NCBI RefSeq assembly: GCF_009914755.1
Contig: NC_060934.1
Strand: one strand, 5' to 3'
Origin: the human T2T-CHM13v2.0 reference genome, Homo sapiens
Length of the DNA stretch: 64,000 nucleotides
The notes beneath the pieces were generated by a model, which was not told where the DNA came from, did no database searches, and was given only the letters and a program-made list of their open reading frames with translations. Below are positions 11,480-23,155 of the stretch, piece by piece. How positions within the stretch are numbered: the first letter of the stretch is position 1; every line of letters starts with the position of its first letter. The position numbers were made by a program, and so were the translations under genes.

Positions 11480-12030
11480 CATGCGTGTGCGTGCGTGTGC
11501 CGTGTGGATGCCGTGTGCCCGTGCCTGCGCGTGCGTGTGCCGTGTGGGTGCCGTGTGCCCCTGCGTGCGCGTGCGTGTGCCGTGCGTGTGCCGTGTGGGT
11601 GCCGTGTGCGCGTGCGTGTGCCATGTGGATGCCATGTGCCTTGCATGTGCCGTGTGGATGCCGCATGCCCGTGCGTGTGCCATGTGGATGCCGTGTGCCC
11701 GTGTGTCCACGTGCGTGTGCCGTGTGGATGCCGTGTGCCCGTGTGTGTGCCGTGTGGATGCTGTGTGCCCGTGCGTGTGCCGTGTGGATGCTGTGTGCCC
11801 ATGTGTGCCTTGCGTGTGCCATGTGGATGCTGTGTACCCGTGTGTGTGTGCATGTGCCATATGGATGCTGTGTGCCCATGAGTGCTCATGTGTGTGCCGT
11901 GTGGATGCTGTGTACCCACGCGTGCGCGTGCTTGTGCCGTGTGGATGCTGTGTACCCACGCGTGCGCGTGTGTGTGCCGTGTGGATGCTGTGTACCCACG
12001 CGTGCGCGTGCGTGTGCCGTGTGGATGCTG
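11480..12030. repeat. GT-rich minisatellite (GTGCCGTGTGGATGC-based units)
   Basis: Directly visible; source of spurious Cys/Val-rich ORFs. Confidence 0.93.
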
Positions 12031-12324
12031 AATTGCACTTTCAACGACGTGACCGTTCCTTCCTTGCAGGCCACCTCCGGAGGTGTTCACTGCCGGTGGC
12101 TGTACCTGGCCATAGATCTGGGGGCTGTGCTGCCCCAGGCATCCCACCCTGTTCCAGGACACAGAGGCCAATGCTGTTCCCCTGTTCCGGCAGGCGTGGG
12201 CTGCACGCCTGCTGGCAAGGGGCTCAGCTGGCCTGAGCCTGGGCCAGCTGTCCCTAGAGCATCTGCTCCTGTGGGGAGGGGGCGTTTTGACAGCATGGGG
12301 ATAATTTTTTTCATAATTAAGAGT

Positions 12325-12880
12325 TTTTTTTTTAAGTGAATAGACTTTATTTTGTAGAGCAGTTTTTGGTTTACAGAGCAGGGAGCAGGTAGCACAGGGC
12401 ATTCCCTGAGCCCCCACCCACAGTGCCCTTATGCCCGTCATTTGCATCGGCACTGGTGCCAGTCCAGGGCCTGTTAGGAACCAGGCCACACAGCAGGAGG
12501 TGAGAGGTGGGCAGGCAAAGCATTACCACCTGAGCATCACCTCCCGTCACATCAGCGGCAGCATTAGCTTCTCATACGAGCATGAATCCTATTGTGAACT
12601 GCCCATGCCAGGGAGCTAGGCTCCGAGCTCCTCACGAGAATCTAATGCCTGATGACCTGAGGTGGGCCAGTTTCATCCCCAATCATCGCCCCCCCCAGCC
12701 TCTGGTCTATAAGAAAAATGTCTTTCATAAAACTGGTCCCTGGTCCCTGGTGCCAAAAAGGTTGGGGACCACTGCTGCTGTTCCATCAGTTTTGACAAAT
12801 GCACGATGCCGTGTGTCCACCATCACAGTATCGTATGGAATCATTTCACTGCCCTAGAAATCCCTGCGCTCTACCATTCA
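12325..12880 (-). mobile_element. Old L1 (L1MC/MD-like) 3' fragment split by MER1B
   Basis: aatagactttattttgtagagcagtttt at the left and gttttgacaaatg...catttcactgccctagaaatcc at the right resemble the remembered antisense L1MC 3' end. Confidence 0.6.
12448..12774 (+). mobile_element. MER1B hAT-Charlie DNA transposon (5' end truncated)
   Basis: Hallmarks ggcctgttaggaacc, gagaatctaatgcctgatga and the terminus ggtgccaaaaaggttggggaccactg. Confidence 0.88.
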
Positions 12881-13665
12881 TGATTTACTTGGACAAAAAC
12901 ACATACGGCCACCAAGGAAAACAGCCATAGTGAAGCAGATGTCAAAATATCAACAAAGCAGATGTGTGAGGGTGGCAGTGGCTGCATTACACGTCGCACT
13001 GGATAACAAAACCCAGCGTCCAGCAGCCCCTGAGTTTTAGAGGTGGAGGTGAGTGTGGACAAGTTTGAAAAACCTGCAACAACTGCAAAGTGATACAAAC
13101 ACACCTGTGTTTTCTATTTGAGATAAAGCCCTGGGATGGCTGGCGTTCCTCGTGGAAGGAAATGCCAGATTTCAGTCAGAGCTTAGTAAAATAGAGATGT
13201 TGCTTTTTCTCGTCCAAGTTCACAGACCCCATGAATGAAGCATCCCTGCTCTAGGAAAGCACGGAAAGCTTGTGCATCAGAGGGACATATGCCCACAGGG
13301 ATTGAAAATGTGTTTTCAAAACAAGGTATGTTGTTTGCAAAATCTCCACCATTACAAATAGCCACGTAGGCTTCTGATGGCTCTATGTGCACAGCCAATT
13401 CCGAGTGAATTCAATTATTTCACATTGACAGGAAACAGGTTAATTAGGAGAAGTTGATTAGGCTTTGCAAAAGGAGATGTAATTAATGCCCAACCGCATG
13501 CCAGGCACGACGGCTGCATTTCAATGTCTTCACATGACTGAGAGAGTTACTGCCTGAGAGCTGGGAGACAGCAGGGGAGCAACCAGCATGCCGGCGCCTG
13601 GGGTGTCCAGCAAGTGGCAGGGGGCGCTGCTGGCCCAAAAGGTTAGCTCAGGTGTGCCACGATCC

Positions 13666-14745
13666 CCATCATCATCATCATCACTATCACCATCATCACA
13701 CCATCACTATCACTGTCATCACAATCACCATCATCATCACCACTATCACTGTCATCACTATCATCATCACCATCACTATCACTGTGACCATCACCATCAT
13801 CACCATCATCATCATCACACCATCACTGTCACTGTCATCACAATCACCACCATCATCATCATCACTATCACTGTCATCATTATCATCACCATCACTATCA
13901 CTGTCACCATCACCATCATCATCATCACACCATCACTAAAATGTCATCGTCATCACATTCATCATCATATCACAATCACTATGATCACCATCACTGTCAC
14001 CATCATCATCATCACATTCATCATCACATCACAATCACCATCATCATCACCATCACTATCACTGTCGTCATCATCATCACATTCATCATCAGATCACAAT
14101 CACCATCATCATAACACAATCACCATTATCACCATCACTGTCACCATCACAATCATCACCATCACCATCACATTCATCATCACATCACAATCACCATCAT
14201 CACCACCATCACTCTCACTGTCATCACAATCACCATCATCATCATCACCATCACTATCACTGTCACCATCACAATCATCATCACCATCACTATCACTGTC
14301 ATCACTATCATCACCATCACTATCACCGTGACCATCACCATCATCATCATCATCACACCATCACTATAAATGTCATCGTCATCACATTCATCATCAGATC
14401 ACAATCACTATGTGACTGTCACCATCACAGTGACTGTCACCATCACCATCACAATCACCATCATCATCACCATCACTATCACTGTCATCACTATCATCAT
14501 CACCATCACAGTCACTGTCACCATCATCACACCATCACTATCACTGTCATCACCACCATTATCCCCATCATCTTCATCTCATCACCATCACTCCACCTTC
14601 ATCACCTCATCACCATTACACCACCATCACTGTCATCACTGTCACCATCACCATCACCACCATCATCTTCATCTCATCTTCACCACCACCGTCTTCATTA
14701 TCACCTCACACCACTGTCATCACCTTTGTCATTATTGCTGTTGTC
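13666..14745. repeat. (CAT/CAC)n low-complexity repeat, ~1.1 kb
   Basis: Directly visible; source of poly-His/Ser/Thr-Ile ORFs. Confidence 0.96.
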
Positions 14746-16589
14746 ATCACACTCCTCACAGCTTCCTCATGCATGCCTGTGTGCAAGGCTCTCTGGAAGG
14801 TGCTGGGCTGCTGAGGCATGTTTCTGGAGGAACGGCTGCGGGCACCACACCACAAACAAGCCATGTGGACCAGATGTGGCCGGGACCTGGCCTGGCTCCT
14901 GTCTTGCAAGCCCCCTGCCTTGAGAAATGGGGACTGTGTGGATGAACACACGGGCTCGGTGGAGGGGAGAATGCCGCCTTTGGAGAGGTAGGAGGGCTCC
15001 AGGCGGACTTCGAGGACAGGGAGCCTCAGCAGTGTGGCCCTGGCACTCTACCAGGCCTCAGGGTGTACCCTGGTGGGCTTCAGTCCAGGCCAGAGCAGCT
15101 GCGCAGTGTCCCTGCTCACTCCTCATCCCCGGGCATTCTCAGCTGTGCTCTCCCGCCCTTGCCCACTCATCCCATTTTCTGCCCCAATTGTTTTGACTCC
15201 TTCCTCCAAGGACCACAGATGTCCCCTTCCCTCTGCATGGGTCCCAGAATTTGGGGCCAGTCAGGCCTTAGCTCAGAGCAGGCACCCTGACCACCCATCA
15301 ATCCCAGCATGAGATGCAGGAGGGAAGCAGAGCCAGAAGGCTGGGTGGCCTGTCCAGCGCTCCAGGGAAAGCCCAGCTCCATCAGGCCAGGCTTCAAATG
15401 TCAACCTGCATCCAGCAGCTCAGCCTCTAAGTGTCCCCAACCCTTCCACAGTGGCCACTACCCACTCCACAATGGAGCCTGGCTCCAGGCCGAGGGGCCA
15501 GTGGCAGCAGGGTGTGCTGGAGACCCCCCGTGAGAAGGACAGGGGTCAGCGGCCCTCCCCACCGTGACCTTTTATAGTCCCCATTCCAAGCCCATCCTCC
15601 CTCCCTGATGTCTGGGCCTCCCAGCACAGCCCCGTGCCCCACCAAGAGCCACAGAGGCAGCCCCCGTGCTCTGTCCCTGCAGCTTGGTAACCGTGGGGCA
15701 GCATGGGCCCTCCCTCTGCACACCCAGCGCATGCCTGGGTGCTCCCACCTGCCGGACCTGGCTGGCCTCCATTCAAGTGGGGAGGCCCTGGGACCACACC
15801 CCAGAGTGCCTGGGAGGGCAGAGGTAGGCCTGCTGCCAACACAGGGCCTGGGAACGTGGTGCCTCATCTGGCCCAGCCGGGGCCCAGAACAGCACCCTTC
15901 CTGGGAGATCAGGCTCCATTGTTGACCCCTTGCCCTGGCTCATCGGCTCCTCCCGGCTGTGCCGGGATTCCTGGCTCTTGGTCCCCATCCACCCCTCCTC
16001 CCTGGCAAGCCAGGCTGCAGGCCCCACCTTCTCCCCAGCTCCTTCCTTCCTCCTGTGGCCCATGCTGTCTCCAGGAGAGCAGGGGGCTCAGGAAGGGATT
16101 CTGCCCGTGGGCACTGCTGACCTGGGCAGGCAGGGGCAGGGTGGGCTGCACTTCCTCCCATCTCAGGACCTGGCAGGGGTGGCACAGCCCAGCTGCAGGG
16201 ACTCTGGCGGGAGTGAGCTGCCCTGCCCCCACTGTGCCTCTCAGGGCCTGTCCCCCTCCCACCTGAGCCCTCCACTGGGCGTCTCTTCTGAATCCAGTCC
16301 ATGCCCACTGGCTGCCTGTGCCCCAGGTTGGGCTTTGCGCTGGAGCTGCACCCCAGGCTCTGCAAAGCCACCATGGTGACAGTGTTTCCAGGGAAACCAC
16401 AGCAGGCTGCCAGGCAAGTGCAGGCGGAGGACACCCAGGTGGGAGGTGTGTGCCTGTGTGTGTGAGGGAGAGCAGGAAGGTGTGGCGCGTGTTCGTGGGT
16501 TGTGTGTCCATGAGGTGGTGTGTATGTGGGGGTACCCTTGAGAGCTTGTGTGTTTGTAGGTCATTGTGGGGCACATGCCTGAGGGTCCT

Positions 16590-17055
16590 GGGTGTGTGTG
16601 TCTGAGGCAGCTAAGTGTGTATGTATATGTGCATGTGTGAGCACATGCGTGTCAGTGTGTGTGAGTGTGGGGGTCCATGTGCATCGGTGTGATGTGTGCA
16701 CATGTGCCAGTGTGTGTGTTGGGATGCATGTTTGCATGTGTGTGTCAGTCTGTGTTGGGGTGTCTGTGTCTATGTGTGCATGTGTTGGGGTATCTATGTA
16801 TCTGTGTATGTGTGTGCGTGTGTGTATATGCTGAGGTGTTGTGTCTGTGTGCATGTGTGTGCACACGTGTGTCAGTGTGTTGGGGTGTGTCTATATGTGC
16901 ATGTGTTGGGGTGTCTGTGTATCTGCATATGTGTGCACACATGTGTCTGCATGTGCCTGTGTGGTGTCATTGTGTCTCTCCGTGCATGTGTGTGCACATG
17001 TGTGTCAGCGTGTGTGCATGTTGGGGTGTCACGTATGTGTCCTGAGTGTGTTTCT
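16590..17055. repeat. Degenerate TG-rich simple repeat
   Basis: Directly visible. Confidence 0.92.
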
Positions 17056-17783
17056 GTGGGCCTGAGGGTCCCTGGTGGGCAAACTTGTCTACCCAGCACC
17101 AAGGATCTGTGTCCCCAGCAACACTGCCGCTCCCCTCAGCCCATCCCCCAGGGTCCCTGAGCCTTCAGGTAAACTCACCTTAGCCAATGACAGCAGGCTT
17201 GTAGGGGCCACGCGGGCTGCGCTTGGACCTGTCCCAGAGCGTGAGGGTGCTGTGATCCTCTGAGGGCCCGGCAGGCCTGGTGGGGCAGGGTCCCGAGAAG
17301 GAAGATGGTGCCTTCAGATCATGGGGTGTTCCTTGAAGCTTCCTGTCCACCTCACCCCCGCACCCCACCCCTGCTCACCCTCCTCCTGGGGCTCAATAGC
17401 ATCCCCTCCCCAGGGGCTCCTCCTCCCCACCATTCTTGTCCCCTGAGGTCGCTGGGCCCCCAGCAGCTCAGGCTGGCCATCTAGGAGGTGCAGGCCCCAG
17501 GACTGGACCCAGCTGGGCAAGGCCTGGGGTTCACTCTGAGGCCTGGGGCACCAGCCCCTCAGAGGCACCAAGGACAGAATCATTCTCAGGGCCAGGCCGT
17601 GGGGCACAGCTGCCCCCTGTAGCCCCCAACGCCCCATCTGTCCACACAGGCTCAGCAGCTCCCACCTGCCTAGCTCTGTGGCCCCAAGGGCCCCTCCCCG
17701 TAGGGTCTGAGTGGCCCAAGGCAGGGCAAAGTCTCACCTTGCCTGGAAATCTGGGAGGCTCCAAGGACCCCGAGCCTGCACCT

Positions 17784-18330
17784 CATTCATTCATTCATTC
17801 ATTCTGCCATCAGCTCCTGTGGAGCTCTTGTCTGAGTTCCAGGCCCCGGGCCATGTGCCAGGCCCCAGGGAATCAAGACAGTCCAGGACAGGCCCTGGAG
17901 CATCTCCCCAGCTCTCTCAGTCTCCTGGTTCATCACAGAGGCCAGTGCCTTTGTTGGAGTGAGCAGCTGTGAGGGGCAGTTTGGGCATGAAAGAAGGAGC
18001 CAGCCACTTTGGAGCATCAGGGAGGACTTCCTGGAAGAAGCCATCTCTAAGCTGATCCTCAAAGAGCTGAGAGCAAGCTTGGCGGGCTGTCACTGGAGAA
18101 GGAGAAATATTCTGGAGAGGGAGTGCAGAGTGTGCACGTCCCGATGCAGAGAGGGACGCAGCGGGGAGCTCCTCTCTGAGACAGGGTCCCACGCCAGGCA
18201 GTGTGAGAAGCAGGGGAGGCTGCAGGCCATGGTGGTTGGCCAGAGTGAGTGCCCAGCAGGGATAGCCTGGGGGGCCTGGCAGGGGCTGTCCCAGGCAGGT
18301 CTGCAGCATGGACCACGGCAGAACCCCAGG
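17784..18330 (-). mobile_element. L2 3' fragment, highly diverged
   Basis: (CATT)n tail followed by atgtgccaggc and ggaggacttcctggaagaag motifs typical of antisense L2; right boundary uncertain. Confidence 0.55.
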
Positions 18331-19603
18331 AGGCTCCTCAGTGATGCAGGGTGGGGACAGGCTGTGCAGGCCACGGGTGGGATGGAGCAGGTGCAGTGGC
18401 CCACCAGCCACCCAGACAGCAGGGGGCCCCTCCCGCCGTGCCACACACAGGTTAGGCCTGGGTGAGGGCGGTGTGGAGGACAGACCGAGTCAAGCCCAGG
18501 TAGTTACGGAGCGTGTTTAGTGCGCCCTCGCTTCGTGTTCACCCTGTAACGGCCCAGGCCCCAGGAGAAGCAGCCCCGGGGGCTCCCGCCCTGCAGGCCC
18601 AGGGGAGGGCACCCAGCAGGGAGGCTGGATCAGGAGGGGCTCAGCTCCCACAGGTCTGGGCACCGCCAGCAGAGCCCCCAAAGGACCTGGATGCCCTAGC
18701 CCCAAGGGCAGGGGAGCAGCCACCCGGCAACAGGGCTGGGACACTGTGAGGGGCCTGCAGTGCTGGAGGTGCAGATACAGCACCCCCAGGGATGCTCCGG
18801 GGCAGCCCTTTTAGGCAGCAGATGTGGCCACCACCCTGTGCCCAGCAGAGGCTGCCAAGCCCACCCGCCCTTAGCAGGAAGGGGGTCAGGACCTGGCCTG
18901 AGTGAGAGGGACGAGGAGAGAAGAGAGCAGTCAATGACTGGAACGGACCCAGTGGCCTTCGTCCCACCTGGCCAGCACTGGCCCCTCGCCTCCCCTCCCC
19001 ACACCCCATGACCCCAGGGACAGGCCTGATGTGGACAGAGTCCCCGAGAGATGCACATTTACAAGTTTGATCCAGTGGATAGATTTTCCTCTTTGCTAAT
19101 CGGAACACGTCTGCTGTGGCTGCCGTAATAGGCAAATGAAACAATTAAAACGAGCAGAATGCACCCAGTTAACATTTCAAACAAGAACGCTTTTCCCTTT
19201 AAGCTAATACTGGACTGAAGACAAAAAGGATGTCAGCTTGAAGCTGATGAGAATGAGTAGCTTTGCAGCTCCCCTGAGGCAGGCCTGGAGCTGAGTGCAG
19301 GCGGCAGCCCCTGCCCTCATCCCCCTCGGCCCTGTGCTGGCCACGTGGGCGACCACGGGCACCCTCCTTACACCTGGGATGCATTTGTCTGCAGGTGCCC
19401 GCCGGCCCCTCCCTTCAAGCCTCACGGAATTGAAACAAGGGGCTGCAGGAATCGATTCTCCGGCCGAAAGACTTCTCCAGTAAGGGAGCTTCCCAGGCTC
19501 CATTTCACAGGAGCACCGGCTGGGGGAGGACCGGGAGGGCCTTCATTATGCAGTCATTACAGAGTCTCATCAAGCGCTGATTCCACCTGCTTGAGAAGCC
19601 GAC

Positions 19604-19912
19604 TTTTTTTTTTTTTTTTTTTTTTTTTTGAGACAGCGTCTTGCTCTGTTGCCCACGCTGGGGTGCAGTGGTGCGATCTTGGCTCACTGCAACCTCCGCC
19701 TCCGAGGTTGAAGCCATTCTCCTGCCTCAGCCTCCTGAGTTGCTGAGATTACAGGCACGTGCCACCACACCCAGCTAATTTTTTTTGTATTTTTAGTAGA
19801 GATAGGGTTTCACCATGTTAGCCAAGATGGTCTCGAACTCCTGGCCTCGTGATCTGCCCGTCTCGGCCTCCCAAAGTGCTGGGATTACAGGCGTGAATCA
19901 CCACGCCCAGCC
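19604..19912 (-). mobile_element. Full-length Alu (AluSc/Sg-like)
   Basis: Poly-T, both monomers, ctcgtgat diagnostic deletion; AGAAGCC on both flanks as a partial target-site duplication. Confidence 0.95.
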
Positions 19913-20294
19913 CAGAAGCCAGCCTTTCTTTGGTTCTGGAAGCAACAGCAGAGCCATGACTTTGGTGGTGGAGACTGGTCTTTGTTCAAATAAATGTCAC
20001 CACCCTGGACACTAGGCCGGGCATAACAGACCACAAAGCCAGGTGGTGGCTGACCTGCAAGACCGTAGCCTCAGAGCTGCAGCTTCTCCCAGGGAGGGGC
20101 GCCTGGCAGTGCCTGCAAGGACGGAGACCCCGGCAGTGTCTAGGTCCGTGTCCCATGCTGAGGGTGCACTGGGTGACGTGGGAGGCGGGCCCTGGTCACA
20201 TGCATGGGCCCTTGACCACATGCAGCTCGGTTGGCCCCAGCTGACTGTCCCCATCCTGGAGACCCGCGGCAGCCTGAGAAGGGCCTCGGTGGTC

Positions 20295-20653
20295 ATCCTC
20301 GTCTGTTCCTTCTGCTAAAACAAAATACCTCAGAGGGGGCAATTTGTAACCAGAATTTCATCGCTCAGTTCTGGAGGCTGGGACGTCCAGGACCGAGGCC
20401 CCAGCAGATTCAGCGTCTGGTGAGGGCTGCTTTCTGCTCTCTGCTCCCAGGACGGCGGCTTCTTGCTGTGTCCTCACCCAGTGGCAGGGACGGGAGGGTG
20501 GGGAAGGGCAACCAGGACCCTCAAAACTCTTATGAGGCTACTGGTCCCATTCATATCCTCCTCATCTCCCAAAGCCCACCAGTGATGCCATCGCCTTGGG
20601 GCTTAAGTTCTAACAAATGAATCTGGGGGTGACATCAACATTCAGACCATAGC
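20295..20653 (-). mobile_element. MLT1A-like MaLR solo LTR
   Basis: cagttctggaggctggga, tctggtgagggc and the terminus aacattcagaccatagca. Confidence 0.85.
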
Positions 20654-20659
20654 AGCAGC

Positions 20660-22090
20660 TGTGATGGTTACTTTTGTGTCAGCTCGACCAGGCCACGGTC
20701 CCCAGCTATTTGGTCAAACACCAGTGTAGACGTCGCTGTGAGGGTGTTTCTTGGATGAGGTTAATATTTCAATCAGGAGACTTTGGGTAGAGCAGAGTAC
20801 TGACCATATTATAGCCTCATCCAGGCAGTCCAAGGCCTTAAGAGAAAAAGACAGTTGTCCCCGAGGAAGAGGAAGTCCCGCCTCCGGACGGCGGCCCCTG
20901 GAGGAAGAGGAAGTCCCGCCTCCGGACAGCTTCCAAACATGAGCCGCAGCAGGAGTGTCCCTGGGTCTCCAGCGGCCCTCAGGTGTCAGATGAGCAGCTG
21001 CCACAAACACATAAGCCAATTCTTTAAAATAAATCTCTCTTGCACGCTCTCCCTATGTATATATTTACATTTTATATATATATACACACACTACATGTAT
21101 ACTACATATACACACTATGTATACACATACATACATATACTGTGTATAGAATATATAGGTATGCAATATGCACAGACCATATACACTATGCACACTGTAT
21201 ATAATCTCTATATATGTATACTATATATACACTATACATACACTGTATATATCTATATGCACACTATATTACACAAATATATGCATACTCTATATTAATG
21301 TACACTATATGCACACTATGTATACATATGCTATCTCTATAATATATACACATTATATGTGTACATACACTATATATACTCTGTATGCATGCTACATATA
21401 CACTATACACACACAGTATAGTCCATATGCATACACTATATACACACACTATAACTTTACACACACACACTATATATACTCTATATGCACACACTGTATA
21501 TATGCTGTATATGTGTGTACTATATGCACACTCACACTATGAATATTCTATATATGTACACAATATCAATATATACCCTATATGTACATGGTATATGCCC
21601 TATATGTCCACGGTATATGTCCTATATGCACATGGCATATGGCCTATATGTACACGGGATATACCCTATATGTACACAGCATATGCCCTATATATATGTG
21701 CTATATGTCCTACACGTACACTGTATATACTCTACATGTACATAGTATATACCCTATATGATGTACATGGTATATACCCTATATGTACATTGTAGATACC
21801 CAATATGTACATGGTATATGACCTCTATGTACACGGGATATACCCTATATGTACACAGCATATGCCCTATATGTATGTGGTATATGTCCTACACGTACAC
21901 TGTATATACTCTACATGTACATAGTATATACCCTATATGATGTACATGGTATATACGCTATATGTACATTGTAGATACCCAATATGTACATGGTATATGA
22001 CCTCTATGTACACTGTATATACCCTATATGTACACTGTTTGTACACACATCCCAATGGTTCTGTTTCCCTGGAGAATCCTGCCTACCCCA
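20660..22090 (+). mobile_element. MLT2B-like ERVL solo LTR with ~1-kb expanded internal microsatellite
   Basis: Starts tgtgatggtta...tatttggtcaaaca; agccaattctttaaaataaatctctct precedes the microsatellite; ends tggttctgtttccctggagaatcct. Confidence 0.85.
21040..22050. repeat. TA/CA-rich low-complexity expansion with a 179-bp higher-order duplication
   Basis: Directly visible; the block containing 21758 recurs at 21937. Confidence 0.93.
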
Positions 22091-22132
22091 GACACCGCTA
22101 CGCCCCTCTGCCCACTGCCACAGCCTCCCTGC

Positions 22133-22920
22133 GTGCCCTCAGGCCCCTTCTCCACTGGATGTGGCCCATTGGCTGGGTGCCCCCAGGTGCCTTCTCCACT
22201 GGATGTGGCCCATTGGCTGGGTGCCCTCAGGCCCCTTCTCCACTGGATGGGGCCCATTGACTGGGTGCCCCAAGGTCCCTTCTCCACTGGATGTGGCCCA
22301 TTGGCTGGGTGCCCTCAGGCCCCTTCTCCACTGGATGTGGCCCATTGACTGGGTGCCTCCAGGCACCTTCTCCACTGGATGTGGCCCATTGGCTGGGTGC
22401 CCTCAGGCCCCTTCTCCACTGGATGTGGCCCATTGACTGGGTGCCCCCAGGCCCCTTCTCCACTGGATGTGGCCCATTGGCTGAGTGCCCCCAGGCGCCT
22501 TCTCCACTGGATGTGGCCCATTGACTGGGTGCCCCCAGGCCCCTTCTCCACTGGATGTGGCCCATTGGCTGAGTGCCCCCAGGCGCCTTCTCCACTGGAT
22601 GTGGCCCATTGACTGGGTGCCCCCAGGCTCCTTCTCCACTGGATGTGGCCCATTGGCTGAGTGCCCCCAGGCCCCTTCTCCACTTGATGTGGCCCATTGG
22701 CTGAGTGCCCCCAGGCCCCTTCTCCACTGGATGTGGCCCATTGGCTGCGTGCCCCCAGGCCCCTTCACTGGATGTGGCCCATTGGCTGCGTGCCCCCAGG
22801 CCCCTTCTCCACTGGATGTGGCCCATTGACTGGGTGCCCACAGGTCCCTTCTCCACTGGATGTGGCCCATTGACTGGGTGCCCCCAGGTCCCTTCTCCAC
22901 TGGATGTGGCCCATTGGCTG
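22133..22920. repeat. 44-bp VNTR, 18 copies (GTGCCCCCAGGCCCCTTCTCCACTGGATGTGGCCCATTGRCTGG)
   Basis: Counted directly; one unit has a 3-bp deletion. Confidence 0.97.
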
Positions 22921-22987
22921 AAGTTTGGCATCCAGAGATTACAAGGCTCCTAGCTGGTGGGAGCCAAGGTGGTGGGGAGCAGGGAGG

Positions 22988-23155
22988 CAGGCTGCCAGAT
23001 AAAACTCGGGATCCCCAGCTAAGATGAATTCAGATCAGCAATGTATCATTGCTTAGTATACGTCTGTCCCAAATTTGCATGGAGCACACGTATGCTGAAA
23101 ATGGATTTGTTGTTCTAACTTTGATCTTTTGAATTTGCTAACCTGGGCCGCCCTA
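22988..23155. mobile_element. MER53 palindromic MITE, diverged
   Basis: ggctgccagataaaa...ttagtatacgtctgtcccaaatttgcatgg...tttgctaacctgggccgcccta follows the remembered MER53 consensus. Confidence 0.75.

Noticed and set aside
22133-22920. CRISPR-like appearance of regular repeats (also 26610-27200 and 63079-63258)
   Set aside because: Units are head-to-tail with no unique spacers, there are no cas genes, and the DNA is primate.
22988-23155. MER53 as a miR-1302-type hairpin precursor
   Set aside because: The copy is heavily diverged and its palindromic symmetry looks too degraded; no mature miRNA recognised.
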